Assembly (NCBI RefSeq): GCF_018350175.1
Contig: NC_058383.1
Span: 10,356,001 to 10,420,000, forward strand
Length of the DNA: 64,000 nucleotides
Origin: Felis catus
Taxonomy: Eukaryota
Direction: 5' to 3'
Position 1 is the first letter of the stretch. Each line of letters opens with the position of its first letter. The position numbers were made by a program, and so were the translations under genes. Of the stretch, positions 35,523-48,059 are shown piece after piece. The notes under the pieces are model-generated. The model saw only the letters and a program-made list of their open reading frames with translations. It searched no databases and had not been told where the DNA came from.

Positions 35523-35990
35523 GGTTTCGGTTCTGGGTAAAATGGAGTTTGTATACTCCACCCTGTCTCTCCTACTGAATACAGCTGTGAAACCTGGACA
35601 GAATACATGGAAGATCTATCCGAGGACGATGAAAAGTCAATATTAGCAAGACCGTTGGGAAGGAAGGCAAAAATTTGGAGTACCCCTGAACCACTGGTGA
35701 GTCTACTAATTCTTTTGCCCTACGGTACCCTGCAGCCCGAGCACATACAGCTGGAAACCAAAAAGGGTCATTGGCATAAACAGCGAGACGTCCAGGCGAA
35801 ACCTTCTAGCTCTGGCCCGAGGAGCAGGGAAGGGACTTCCTAAGCTCGGAGAAAGGAGAGAAATCCTTTTTTTTTTTTTTTTTTTCCCTTTTCTTTCCTC
35901 CAATGTCTCATGCCACAGCCCCAAGCAGTTCTGTTGTACTGATGGGAGACATCCCAATGGAGCCCACAGGACTGATTCCTCAATAACCAC
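35523..35990 (+). mobile_element. Old L1 5' end fragment, sense orientation
   Basis: TTTCGGTTCTGGGTAAAATGGAG..CTCCACCCTGTCTCTCCTACTGAATACAGCTGTGAAACCTGGACAGAATACATGGA resembles 5' ends of old L1M elements; right boundary uncertain. Confidence 0.6.
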
Positions 35991-36054
35991 AATTACCAAA
36001 AATGATTAGATGGATAACCGGAATGGTTCTCTATCTCTTGAACAAATGGAGCTC

Positions 36055-37620
36055 ATGGTTAGAATTTACCAGGGAACCCATTTAGGTTTGCTGCTTTGCG
36101 TTTGGAAAGGTTATTAATTATTGATTCAATTTCTTTAATGGGTATAGGCCCACTCAGATTGTCTATTTCTTACCCGTGTGAGTTATGGCAGATTGTGTCT
36201 TTCAAGGAATCGATCCATTTCATCTAGGCTATCAAATTTGTGGGCAAAGAGTCGAAAAAAATACTCCTTTATTATCCTTTTAATGTCCATGAGACCTATA
36301 TAACTGTCTCCTATTTCATTTCTGATGTTAAATTTGAGCCCTTTGTCTCTTCTTAATTAGCCTAGTTTAGAGGCTTATCAGTTCAACTGATCTTTTCAAA
36401 GAACCAGCTTTTTGTTTTATTAATTTCCTCTATCAATTTCCCGTTTTCAATTTTATTGATTTCTGCTCTCATTTTTATTATTTCTTTTCTTCTGCTTACT
36501 GTGGGTTTAATTTGCTCCTCTTTTTCTAGTTTCCTAAGGTGGAGGCTTAGTTGATTGATTTTTGATCTTTCTTCTTTTTAAATACATTCAGTGCTATAAC
36601 TTTCCCTCTAAGCACGGCTTTTGCTGCATCCCACAAATTTTGATAAATGACTTTTTCGTTTTATTTGGTTCAACATATTTTTTAATTTCTCTTGAGGTTT
36701 CTTCTTTGACCCGTACGTTGTTTAGAAGCATGTTGTTTAATCTCCAGGTATTTGGGGATCTTCTAGCTGTCTTTCTGTTCTTGATTTCTACTTTAATTCT
36801 ATCACGATCAGAGAGCAGATGCCGTAGGATTGATATTCTGGATATTATTCTAAGTGAAAGTTTTATGAAGTAAGTTTTGACTATAATATATAAATTTTAG
36901 TAGATACAGACTTTTTTGGGCTTTCTATTTTTTTTTAAATTGAGGTATAATGCACATACCACAAAATTCACCTTTCTAAAGCATACCATTCAATAGTTTT
37001 TCGTATATTTGCAAGTTGTGCAACCATCATCATTATCTAATTCCATTTAGGTGGGACAGGGGAGCTAGAGGGGACTGCCATTGGGTATTTCTCTTTCCCC
37101 AAGTCAGCGAGGCTCTGGTAAAACCCCAGCAAGGGAGGCTCTGATTAGACAGTTTCTTGTGAGGGCAGACTTTGCTAAGAAGAACAGAATGCTCTGTTGT
37201 ATTTCATAATGGCTTGTTTTCCCTCCCTCTGCCAGAAGCGAGAGAGAATTTTTCTCTGATATTCACTGTGAAAAACTGGGAGAGCTCCAGGAGGTAAAAG
37301 TCACAAAGTAGGGGGGCAGGGGTTTGCCCTGTGACTAGATCCCCCTGGAGTTTTTCTCTCTCAGACTCGTCTACACTGAGCTTCCAGAAATTCCCTATCC
37401 CAGCACTGGTTCCTGCTGGTTTCTGCCCATGGGTTTCTGCTCCAGTAAGTTGTAAATTCTCTGTTATTCATCTGTCACTGCAATTTTGGGGGCAGCAGTT
37501 TTCCCCATGACCTCACTTCTCTGATTTATCTAAGAAGAGTTGTTGATTTTTCAGTTTATTCAGGCTTCGACTTGTTAAGACGGAGTGGTGACTTCCAAAC
37601 TTCTTATATGCTGGATGGGA
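36055..37620 (-). mobile_element. L1 ORF2 fragment, L1 3' fragment and L1MC-like 5' region
   Basis: Antisense ORF2 text at 36.06-36.87 kb (..TTCAAAGAACCAGCTTTT..GCTGCATCCCACAAATTTTG..); at 37.05-37.62 kb GGGTATTTCTCTTTCCCCAAGTCAG..GGCTCTGGTAAAACCCCAGCA.., typical of L1MC 5' UTRs. Confidence 0.75.
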
Positions 37621-37774
37621 AAATTTCCCTTCTATTTTTAGTTTGCTGCAAAGTATTTTAATCATAAATGCATGTTGGATTTTATCAAATGCTTTTTCTG
37701 CAACTATTGAGAGGACTGTGTCATTTTTAACCTTTATTCCATTAATAAGTTGTATTACATTGATTGTTAAATAT

Positions 37775-37992
37775 TTTTATATATTTTTTTAATGTTTATT
37801 TCTTTTGAGAGAGACAGAGAGAGAAAGCACAAGCAGGGGAGGGGCAGAGAGAGGAGAGAGAGAATCCTAAGCAGGCTCCCCACTGTCTGCACAGAGCTTG
37901 ACTTGAGGCTCGATCCCACGAACTGTAAGATCATGACCTGAGCTGAAATCAAGAGTCAGACTCTTAACCAACTGAGCTCACCCAAGCACCCC
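37775..37992 (-). mobile_element. Carnivore SINEC
   Basis: SINEC body with GA tract. Confidence 0.92.
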
Positions 37993-38140
37993 AGATTTTT
38001 TTTTTTTAATGAACATTGTATTTCTGGGATAAATTCCACTTGATTTTAATGTTTTATCTGTTTTGGATATTTCTGGGTTGATTTGCTAATCTTTCTAAAG
38101 GATTTTTACATCTTTGTTGATGACAGCTATTGGCCTATAG

Positions 38141-38350
38141 CAGGGATCAGTAAACTTTTTCTAAAAGAGTCAGGTAGTAAATATTTGAGGCTTTGCAGAC
38201 CATATAATCTGTGCCACAACTACTCAACTCTGTCACCGTGGTTTGAAAGCAGCAATGGGCAATATGTAAATTAATGGGTGTGGCTATGTTTTAATAAACA
38301 TAGATTGCAGGCTCTCTTTTGGCTCAGAGGCCAAGGTTTGCTAATCCCTC
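38141..38350 (+). mobile_element. MER58A (hAT-Charlie) MITE
   Basis: CAGGGATCAGTAAACTTTTTCT..GTAAATATTTGAGGCTTTGC..ACAACTACTCAACTCTG..GAAAGCAGC..GGTTTGCTAATCCCTC with degenerate terminal inverted repeats. Confidence 0.9.
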
Positions 38351-39931
38351 ATCTATTTTTGTGAGGATTTTTTGCCCTTGCAATATCTTTGTCTGGTTTC
38401 ACATCAGAGTTAACACTGGCCTCATTAAATTAGTTGGGAAGTATTTCTTTTTATATTTTCTAAAAGTCTCTAACTATTACCTCATCCTTAATTGTTTACT
38501 AGAATTTACCAGTGAAGCCGTTGGAATTTACCAGTTCCAGTCATTTGGGCCTGGAATTGTTCCTTGTTGGAAACTTTGACTATAAAATACAAATTTTAGT
38601 AGATATAGACACAGATTTCTTATGTTTTCTTTTTTTATTGAAGTACAATTCGTATACCACAAAATTCACCTTTTTCGAGTGTATAATTCAATCGTTTTTT
38701 AATATAGTCATTGTGTCACACAAGCATCACCATTATCTAATACCATAACGTTTTCATTCCCCCCCCCACCCTCAAAACCCCATACCAATTAACAGACATT
38801 CCTCATTTTCTCCTCCTCCCAGTCCCTGGCAACCACTTTCTGTCCCTATGGATTTGCTTATCCTGGATATTTCATATAAACAGAATCATAGAATATGTGA
38901 CCTTTTGTGGCTGGCTTCTTTCACTTAGCATGATGTTTTCAAAGTGCATAGTCCAAGTTTCAAAGTCCATGTTATAGCACGTATCAGAGCTTCATTCATT
39001 TTCACAGCTGAATATTATTCCATTGTATGGATATACTATGTTATTAACCCAATCATCAGTAGATGGGCATGAGGTTGGCTATCGTGAATAACATTGCTCT
39101 GAACATTTGTGTTTGAGTATTTGCGTGAGCATATGTTTTCAATTCTCTTGGGTATATACATAGAAGTAGAATTGTTCCTTTGGTAACTCTATGTTTAACT
39201 TTGCAGGATACTGCCAAACTATTTTTCAGAGTGGCTGCACCATTTTATATTTCTGCCAGCAATGTATGAAGGTTCCAATTTCTCCATATTCTTGTCAACA
39301 CTTTTTATTGTCTTTCTTTTTTATTATAGCCATCACAGTGGTTTTGATACATCATAGTGTGGTTTTGATTTTCATTTTCTTAGTGACTAATGATGTTGAA
39401 CTTCTTTTCATGTGCTTATTGGCCATTTGTAAGTATATCTTCTCTGAAGAAATGTCTATTAAAATCCTTTTCACATTAAAAAAATAGGTTATTTATCTCT
39501 TAGTAGTGTGTTGTAAGAGTTGTTTATATATTCTGGAAACCAGTCCTCTATTAGATAAACTGTTTGCAAATATTTTCTCCCAATCTGTGGGTTGTCTTTT
39601 TCACTTTCTTGATGGTGTTTTGATATACAAAAGTTTTAAATTTTGATGAAATCCAATTTATTTGTTTTTTTTTCTATTTTTGCTTGTTTTTCACCTTGTA
39701 TTTAATAAACCTTCACCACTCCAAGGTCATAAAGATTTGCACCTATATTTTCTTCCAAGAATTTTATAGATTTAGCACTTACATTTAGATCTATGATAAC
39801 TTGAGCTAATTTTTGCATATGATGAGAAGAATTGTTTTCTTAGTTTCATTTTTGAAGTATTCATTTCCAGTGATTTGTTAGTAGTTCTCTTATATTTTAC
39901 AAGATTGGTTAATTTATTAGTTCCAAAAGGG

Positions 39932-39935
<4 letters not shown>

Positions 39936-39967
<32 letters not shown>
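39936..39967. repeat. (GT)16 microsatellite
   Basis: Perfect dinucleotide run. Confidence 0.97.
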
Positions 39968-39968
<1 letters not shown>

Positions 39969-41419
39969 TGCCTGTTCCATAGGATTTTCTATGTACAAGA
40001 TGCGGTCATCTGCACACAGAGATAATTCTGCTTGATACTTTCAACTTTAATGCTTTTATTTCTTTCTCTTGCCTAATTGCCCTAACTGGAATGTCCAATA
40101 CAACATTGAATAGAAGTGGTGAGGGTAGACATCCTTCTCTTATTCCTGATTTTAGGGGGAAATTTTCCGGCTTTCACCATTATGTATGATGTTAACAGTG
40201 AATGTCTCATAGATGCTCTTTATCAAATTGAGAAAGCTCCTTTCTATTCCTAGTTTGTTGAATGTGCATACTATAAAAAGGGTGTTGGATTTGGTCAAAC
40301 ACGTTTTCTGAATCTATTTAGATGATTATGTAGTTTTGCCCTTTATTCTGTTAATATGGTATATCAACTTAGTTGATTTTTGTATGTTGGATCAACTTTG
40401 CATTCCTGGGATAAATCCCACTTGGTCATACAGTATAATACTTTTTGTATGTTAGTGGATTCATTTTTCTAGTACTTTGTTGAGAATTTTTGTGTCTGTA
40501 TTCATAAGGATTATTAGTCTGTAGTTTTCTTTTCTTGTATTGTCTTTGTCTGGTTTTGGTTATCAGGGCCTCAAAGAATGAGTTGAGAAATGTTGCCTCC
40601 TATTTTTGGATGAGTTCTTGAAAAACTGATGTTAATTCTTCTTTTTCCCCTAGCTCTGCTGAGATATGACTGACAAATAAAAATTGTATATATCTAAAAT
40701 ACACAACATGATGTTTTGATGTATGTACACATTGTGAAATATTGACCATAATCAAGATCATTAACATATCCATCCTCTCCCATAGTTATACTTTTTTTGA
40801 CATGAGAATAATTGAGATCTACTCTCATAGCAAATTTCAAGTATACAATGTGTTATTATTAACTATAGCTATCATACTGTAAATTATGTCCCCAGGACTC
40901 ATTCGTTTTATAACTGAAGATTTGCACTCTTTTATCAACATCTCTTCAATTCAGCAAACCCTGAGACCCTGGTAGCCACCATTCTGTTGTTAATATAGTT
41001 TGACTTTTTTTTAGGTTCTACATATAAATGATATACTGTATTTTTTTTTCTGTGTCTGGCTTATTTCACTTAGTATAATGTCTCCCAAGCTTATCCGCAT
41101 TGTCACAAGGAGCAGAATTTCCTTCCTTTTTAAAGGCTGGATAATATTCCATTATATATCTGCCATATTTTCTTTATCCATACATCCATCAGTGGCCACT
41201 TAACTTGTTTCTATATCTTGGCTTTGACAATTGCTGAAATACACATGAGAGCGCAGTAGCTCTTTGAGATAGTGATTTGATTTCCTTTGGATGGCTATCC
41301 AGATTAGGATTGCTGGATTATATGGTATTCTATTTTTAATTTTTTCAGGAAACTCCATACTGTGTTCCATAATGGCTGTACCAACTTACATTCTTACTCA
41401 CAGTGTATAAGTGTTCTTT

Positions 41420-41644
41420 TTCTTTTTTTTAAGTTTATTTTTATTTTTTAAATTTATTTTGAGAGGGAGATAGAGAGCAGAGAGGGGAGGGGCAGAGAGA
41501 GAAAGAGGGAGACAGAATACCAAGCAGGCCCCACGCTGTCAGAACAGAACCCAACGGGGGGCTTGATCTCATGAACTGTGAGATCATGACCTGAGCTGAA
41601 GCCAAGAGTTGGATGCCCAACCAACTGAGCCACCCAAGCATGCC
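41420..41644 (-). mobile_element. Carnivore SINEC
   Basis: SINEC body. Confidence 0.92.
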
Positions 41645-41659
41645 AAAGGTTCCCTTTCC

Positions 41660-41884
41660 TTTTTTTTTTTTAATTTTAAAATTTTTAAAAAATATTTATT
41701 TTTTGGAGTGAGACAAAGTGCAAGTGGGGGAGGGTCAGAGAGAGAAGGAGACACCGAATCTGAAGCAGGCTCCAGGCTCTGAGCTGTCAGCACAGAGCCC
41801 AATGCAAGGCTCAGACCCATGAACCGGAGATCATGACCTCAGCCGAAGTTGGACGCTTAACCGACTGAGCCACCCAGGCACCCC
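41660..41884 (-). mobile_element. Feline SINEC, tandem with the previous copy
   Basis: SINEC body ending GAGCCACCCAGGCACCCC. Confidence 0.94.
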
Positions 41885-42443
41885 ATAGGTTCCCATAGGT
41901 TCTTTTATAGGCTCTCCAACAATTGTTATTTTAAAATTTTTTGATAATATCCATTCTAACAGACGTAAGGTCATATCACATTGTGGTTTTGATTTGCATT
42001 TCCCTGATGATTGATTATGATGCATATGATGCATATACCTCTTAGCCTTTTTTTTTTTTTTTTTTTTTTTTTTTACCTGTTGTCCATCTGTATGTCTTCT
42101 TTGGAGGAGAAAGAGCTCTATTCAGGTCCTTTGCCCATTTTGAAGTTAGGATCCTTGTTTTTCATTTTTGTTTCATTTTGTTTTTTTCTATTAAGTTGCA
42201 TGAGGTCCTTGTATAGTTTGGATATTAACCCCTTATTGGATATATGGTTCTCAAATATTTTCTCCCATTCCATATGTTGCCTTTTCATTTCGTTGGTTGA
42301 TTCCTTTGCAGTGCAGAAACTTCAATGTGATGTAGCTTCACTTATTTAATTTTGCTTTTGGTGCCTGTGTTTTGGTGCCAAGACCAATGTCAAGAAGACT
42401 TTCCCCTATGTTTTCTTCTTAGAGTTTGACAGTTTCAGATCTT

Positions 42444-42670
42444 TTTTTTAAGTTTTTTTTTTTTACTTTTTATTTTTGAAAGACAGAGAGAGAGAGAGAG
42501 ACAGAATGAGCAGGGGAAGGACAGAGAGAGAGGGGACAGAGAATCCCAAGCAGGCTCCAAATTGCCAGCTCAGAGCCTAATGTTGGGCTCAAGCTCACAA
42601 ACTGTGAGATCATAACCTGAGCTGAAACCAAGAATTGGATGCTTAACTGACTGAGCCACCCAGGCATCCC
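42444..42670 (-). mobile_element. Carnivore SINEC
   Basis: 16-bp TSD GACAGTTTCAGATCTT (42428-42443/42671-42686). Confidence 0.95.
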
Positions 42671-43329
42671 GACAGTTTCAGATCTTATGTTCAGTTTTGT
42701 GTGGGGTTTAAGAGTCCAACTTCCTTCTTTCACATGTAAATATCTAATTTTCCCCAACACCATTTATTGAAGGGACCATCCTTTCCCCAGTGTGTATCCT
42801 TGGAGCCTTTGTCTAAGATTAGTAGACTACACATGCAAGGGCATATTTCTGGGCTCTCTACTCTGTTTCACTGACTGATATGTCTGGGTTTTTTGCTGGT
42901 ATCATATTATTTTGATCACCATAACTTTGTCATAGAATTTGAAATCAAAAGGTGTGATGCCTCCAGCTTCTCGCTCAAGATTACACTAGCTATTCAGTGT
43001 TTTTTTATGATTCCATGTGAATTCCAATATTGTGTTTTCTATTTCTGCAAAAAAAAAAATGTCACTAGAATTTTGATAGAGATTGCACTGAATCTGTCAA
43101 TTGCTTTGGATAGAATGGACATTTCAACGATGTTGTTTTCTAGTCCATGAACATGGGATATCTTTCCATTTATTTATGTCTTTTTCAATTTCTTTCATCA
43201 GTGTTCTATGGTTTTCGCTCTACTGATCTTTCACCTCCTCAGCTACCTTTATTCCTGAGTATTTTATTCTTTTTGATGCTATTGTAAATAGAATTGTTCC
43301 CGTTAACAAATTCTTGTAGGTATAGCTGT

Positions 43330-43522
43330 GTTTTCTTTAAGTTTATTTATTTATTTATTTTGAGAGTAAAAGCAAGGCAGAGAGGGAAAGAGAGAGAATG
43401 CTAAGCAGACTCCATGCTGAGCCTGGAGCCTGATGTGGGGCTCTGTCTCACAAATTTGTGAGATCATGACCTGAGCCGAAATCAAGAGCCGATGCTTAGC
43501 CGTTGAGACACCCAGGCACCCC
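43330..43522 (-). mobile_element. Carnivore SINEC (older)
   Basis: SINEC body; AGGTATAG on both flanks. Confidence 0.9.
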
Positions 43523-44849
43523 AGGTATAGTTATTTTAAAGCCCTTTGTATTTTAACCTTTATACTAGAGTTAAAAGTAATATATATACCACCATTAAAT
43601 TATTAGAGTATTCTGAATTTGACTATATATTTACCTTTACCAGGTGAGTTTTATACTTTCATTTATTCATTCAGCTGCAACCCGAGGGGAAATGTGGTTC
43701 TACTCTGAGGAGCCCCCTTTCATCGGGCCTCCCTGAGAGGGTCAGTGGGCATGATCCTGGGTCCCAAGGTACTTTTAGTTCTGGGGGTGCTAGGCTATGG
43801 CAGAAGCCTGAATGTGTCTGCAGAAAACCAGTATCCACGCAATTCCAGAAGAGATGCTAAGCGCGTGGACAGGACCTTAAATCACCTAACATGAGTGCTG
43901 TTCATAACTGGTGCTCAGAGCTGTTGATTGGCTACACGAGAGCTAGCCAGTCAGCAGGCATTTATTCAAATTTGCTGGGTGTATAGAGTTGGGCCACCTG
44001 CCTCCTGACCTAGGGGGAGCTCTCTTTCCTGGTATTGATAGCCTCTTTCTTGTTCTCTCACCGGTGGGCTCAGCTCCACCTCAGGCTTTAGGCCCATTTG
44101 GACCTGCCCTGGGACCGGGGGACTTAAATAGTTCTAGACCATCCATCTGGGGCTTTACCTTAAGTCAGCCAGCCTCTGGATCTAACCGCATGTTTGCTCT
44201 CTGAGTGTGGGCCTTATTCTCACAGGGCCATCCCTGATTGTGGGACTTGAGCCTTCTGCGACAGACCTGAGTCCCTGTCTCCGCCACCCACCCCCAGCCA
44301 GTCATCACCCCTCCTTGGCCTTTGTATTTGGCCCTCAGCTCCCTGGACTATCCACCCACCCACACGGGACTTTGAATGTCATGTGAGAACACTGCTACTC
44401 CCTCATGGGCCCCCCTCAAGGCTGATGCCTGCCTTTGGGACCCTCTGCTCTCCTTTTCAAATCTGACCTTCCAGTTACAGGGCCACCCCCAGCCAGACTC
44501 TGCCCGAGGCTGTTGGTCCCCAAGTCTGCCCTTCTAACTCTATTCCGAGGCCCACGTGCAGCCAAGTTCTTGTCCCCGTGGCCTTGTGAGGTTTGTGGTC
44601 CAGACCAAAGTAAGACAGTCATGACATGGGGTGGGCCCCACATTTCCCCAGGGACACATTTCCTCCTGCGCTACTGCACTTGGCTGCAGTTTGGGAGGAA
44701 TGAGATAGGAGGGGAGACACAGAGAGGTGTCGGGCCTCTGTGGTCAGAAGCTCCGGAGCTGGTGTAGCCGCCCGCCTAGGATTTCCCCCGCTGCTTTGGT
44801 GGGCAGCCCTGACTGATGTCAGCAGCCCTGCCTCGCACACACGTGCCTG

Positions 44850-45030
44850 GCTCTGTTGGGTTCCCCAGAAGCAGAGCCCGAGTTAAGGATTAGGTGCCAC
44901 GATTTCCTGAGACGGGGGAAGCAGAATGTGGCTTCAGAGAAAGTTGGTTCTCGGCCCGATCCACAGGGAAGGTCTGGAGCATAAACTGCATCCCAGTGTT
45001 GACCCCCTACCCGAGGCAAGGGAGCCCCCA
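44850..45030 (-). mobile_element. LTR16-like (ERVL) LTR fragment
   Basis: GTTGGGTTCCCCAGAAGCAGAGCCCGAG..GATCCACAGGGAAGGTCTGGAGCATAAACTGCA..GAGGCAAGGG. Confidence 0.65.
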
Positions 45031-45869
45031 TTTTAGTTTATCCTAGACTGTAGGCTGCTCAGCTTCCAAGCTAATGATTCCCATCAGCTGAGGGGTGTTC
45101 TCTGGAGAAGGGCCAAGGTCCACAGCCCACATAGTGTGGGTGCAGAGCCTGGCAAAGGGGATCTGGGTGGAGTGCTCTAAGAGAACTGACTGTAGCATCT
45201 TTCTCTGTCTGAGCCTTCCAAGCTGGGGGCCCTCTTGGCCCAACAGCAAGTACAACCTGGAATGTGGGGATGGGGGTTAGCTCTCCTGGCCCGTGAGGGA
45301 TGAGGGCCACCAGAAAAATGCCCGTCTCCTGTCCCTGGAACAGACCAACCTGGGTAGCATTCTGTGCAATCCCCGGAGATTCTGGCAGAATTGAGCCCCT
45401 GCTGCGCTTTCCCTCTCCTCCCTCCTATCTCTTGGAATCATCTCCCAAACGCACACCTTTGATCAGGGGGATCCAGATCAGAACACACTGGGGCGGGGGC
45501 AGAAGTCCGGGCCGTATCCTGAGGGTAATGGAGACTTGTGGAAAGATTTTGTGCTGGGTCAGGGTGATTGGACTGGGTTTTTACTTTAGGACTGTTCCCA
45601 CCGTGGGAAGGAAGTGAGAAGTGGACAATGTCACAGTGGTCCCGGGAGAGGGGTTTGGCTGGTGAGTGTTGGGGGAAGAAAAGGAAAGGGGTCACCAAGA
45701 AGGAGAGAGAGATGGGACTCGCGCTAGATGGAGGGAACAGAACGAGTCTGCGGCCCAAAGGCCTGGCAGTGCGGAGCCCAGGGCCTGGGGCAGTAGGGGG
45801 CCTCAGACAGGAGCTGGTTTGGGGGCAACAGGCAGTCAGTCTGCCCAGTGTCCTCCTTCTCTAAAGGAG

Positions 45870-46135
45870 CAATGATTCCATGAAATGTCCAGAAGAGGCA
45901 AGTTTATAGAGACAGAAGGTAGATTAGTAGCTTCTTAGGACGGGTGGGGGATGGGGGTCTCAGAAGGATCGGGCGTTGGGTGTTGGTGGTGGCTAAAGGG
46001 GCCACTAAATGTTTTGAAATTAACTGTGGAGATGGCCGTACGACTCCACGCGTATGCTGAAAACCATTGAGTTTTACACTTTAAGTGGGCGAAGTATACC
46101 GTATGTGAATTCTATCACAACAGAGCTGTTGTTTC
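45870..46135 (+). mobile_element. L1MB-like 3' end fragment followed by (AAC)7
   Basis: ATGAAATGTCCAGAAGAGGCAAGTTTATAGAGACAGAAGGTAGATTAG..AAAACCATTGAGTTTTACACTTTAAGTGGG..GTATGTGAATT; (AAC)n at 46138-46158. Confidence 0.85.
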
Positions 46136-46679
46136 AAAACAACAACAACAACAACAACCAATGCAAAGCTGTGCAAGGGACGTGGGATCAGCTGTGGGAG
46201 GGAAGTCTGCTGACTAATGGAAGGTGGGAGGGACCTCAAAAGTCCTGTTACTCACTGACCTTATTTACCAGCGGAACGCTGGGCCCGTCTTGCCCACGGG
46301 ACAGGGTGAGTCAGGGGCTTGAACCCATGTCTCCAGACCCCCCGGCCCCGCGTTCCCCCCACCCCATTACCGCCATCCACCCTGCCCGCAGCTGCCCCTT
46401 CCCCCCCCCGGCCCCTCCATCCGGCAACCTTGCCTCCCTTTTGACCGGCAGCCTGCTGAGAGGTAGGTGACAAATGGGGTGAATGACCTTCCTGCATTCT
46501 GCTCCCCCCGCCACCCCCCGCCTGGCTGGTGAGTCTGACTGGCCCCTCTTCCCCCAGGGGTCTTCGTGCTGCCAAGGAAGCGGCCTGGGAGGACCTGCTT
46601 TGGGTGGAGGGACGAGATGTTTGGTTCTCTGGACAAGAAGGGTCGGGAAATTGAGTCTGACACCTGGCAAGGCCCACTG

Positions 46680-47110
46680 CCCGGGCAGCACACTGGGGAG
46701 GCTGGCCGGCACCCCGGCAAGGCTCTTCCAGGCCAGGCCCTCGCCGGGGGTCCTGGCAGAGGCCAGCAGTGGGTGCGCCGGGGGACTGCGGCCGGCGGCG
46801 GGGTGGGGCAGGACGCCCGTGGGTAATGGAAAAGCTTGAGGCCTGGTCATGGCGGGCCTGCAGTATTCGCGTGTCGATGATGGCCACAGAGGAGGGATTT
46901 GCGGGCGCTCGCCAAAGATGCTGGAAAACCCAGGGGCCGCCCCAGAGCGCATGCTCGGACCGCACCTGGAGCCTTCTTGTCCCAGTGTCATCCTCAGCAG
47001 ACCCTCTGCTGGGCTTGGCCTCCTTCCCTTGATAGCCCGGGAGCCCAGGGCCGTTCCACATGCACTCAGTAATGCCTTTGCTATCACGCGTGACTGCGGC
47101 CTGGGCCCTG
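46680..47110. promoter_or_regulatory. CpG-rich patch, candidate regulatory element
   Basis: High GC with many retained CpGs (e.g. GCGCCGGGGGACTGCGGCCGGCGGCGGGG) in DNA with no repeat I recognise. Confidence 0.35.
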
Positions 47111-47614
47111 CTTCCTTTCTGGAACGGAAGGGGCTGTCCCCAGGTTACCTCCCAACTGTCTGCCCCCCGCCCCCCCCCCAGACACTGAGCCTCTTCCTGG
47201 ATTGGGAACCCCCACCTCATCAGCTGCCTGAGTCACGCCTGGGAGGCAACTGGGTCCCCTTACTGCCCCTTATCCTACCTGGAGCCAAATGTTCATCAGT
47301 GACACCGGTGAGAGGGGCTCCTGAGACTGCAGTGAAATCTGTGGCTGCACGAGCAGCCATGTTCAGGGTCGGGGCCTGGGTCAAGCAAGAGCTGCTCTCA
47401 GCAGTTCTCCTCCAGCTGTTATTCTGTTACTGTTGCCTCCAACATCACTCGCCACAGCAGTGTCACCGTCACCACTGACATCTCCTCCATCCTATCTTTT
47501 CCTCCTCCCTCACCTCTACCTTCACCTCCGAACGTACCTCCACCCTCACCTCTACCAAGTTCATCATCCCCCACCCAGCTCTCAGGTCGGACCCCTGACG
47601 TCATTAGCCATTTC

Positions 47615-47817
47615 TTTTTTTTGGGGGGGGGGGAGGTGGGCACAGTGCAAGCAGGGAAGGGGCAGAGAGAGAGAGACAGGGGGAGAGAGAGAATCTTAAG
47701 CAGACTCCACGGTCGGCGCAGAGCCTGACCCGGGGCTTGATCCCACAAACATGAGATCGTGACCTGGGCCGAAATCAAGAGGCGGATGCTCAACTGACTG
47801 AGCCACCCGGGTGCCCC
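47615..47817 (-). mobile_element. Carnivore SINEC
   Basis: SINEC body; degenerate TSD CATTAGCCATTTCTTT/CATTAGACGTTTCTTT. Confidence 0.92.
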
Positions 47818-47833
47818 ACATTAGACGTTTCTT

Positions 47834-48059
47834 TCTTTTTTTTTTTTTTTTTTTTTAACGTTTATTCATTTTTGAGATGGAGAGAGACAGAACATGAACG
47901 GGGGAGGGTCAGAGAGAGTGGGAGACACAGAATCCGGAACAGGCTCCAGGCTCTGAGCTGTCAGCACAGAGCCCGACGCGGGGCTCGAACTCACGGACCG
48001 CGAGGTCGTGACCTGAGCCGAAGTCGGCCGCTTAACCGACTGAGCCACCCAGGCGCCCC
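47834..48059 (-). mobile_element. Feline SINEC (CpG-rich, relatively young)
   Basis: 12-bp TSD TAGACGTTTCTT (47822-47833/48060-48071). Confidence 0.96.

Larger units (their letters stand above)
37625..40645 (-). mobile_element. Nested L1 fragments (L1MB-like 3' UTR and ORF2)
   Basis: Continuous antisense L1 text, e.g. 38.63-39.83 kb 3' UTR/ORF2 C-terminus and 39.98-40.64 kb RT region. Confidence 0.82.
40646..43660 (-). mobile_element. L1MA-like element (3' UTR and ORF2 C-terminal half) plus a terminal old-L1 fragment
   Basis: 3' end GAGATATGACTGACAAATAAAAATTGTATATATC..ATCTACTCTCATAGCAAATTTCAAGTATACAAT; antisense ORF2 text to ~43.3 kb; four SINEs nested. Confidence 0.82.

Noticed and set aside
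43780..43960. Possible DNA-transposon relic at the right edge of the L1 block
   Set aside because: Only a vague resemblance; I could not identify terminal repeats or a family.
46261..47478. Overlapping ORFs of 319 aa (-), 258 aa (-) and 209 aa (+)
   Set aside because: Several frames are open at once in a GC-rich patch; low-complexity composition; no known protein similarity or exon structure.
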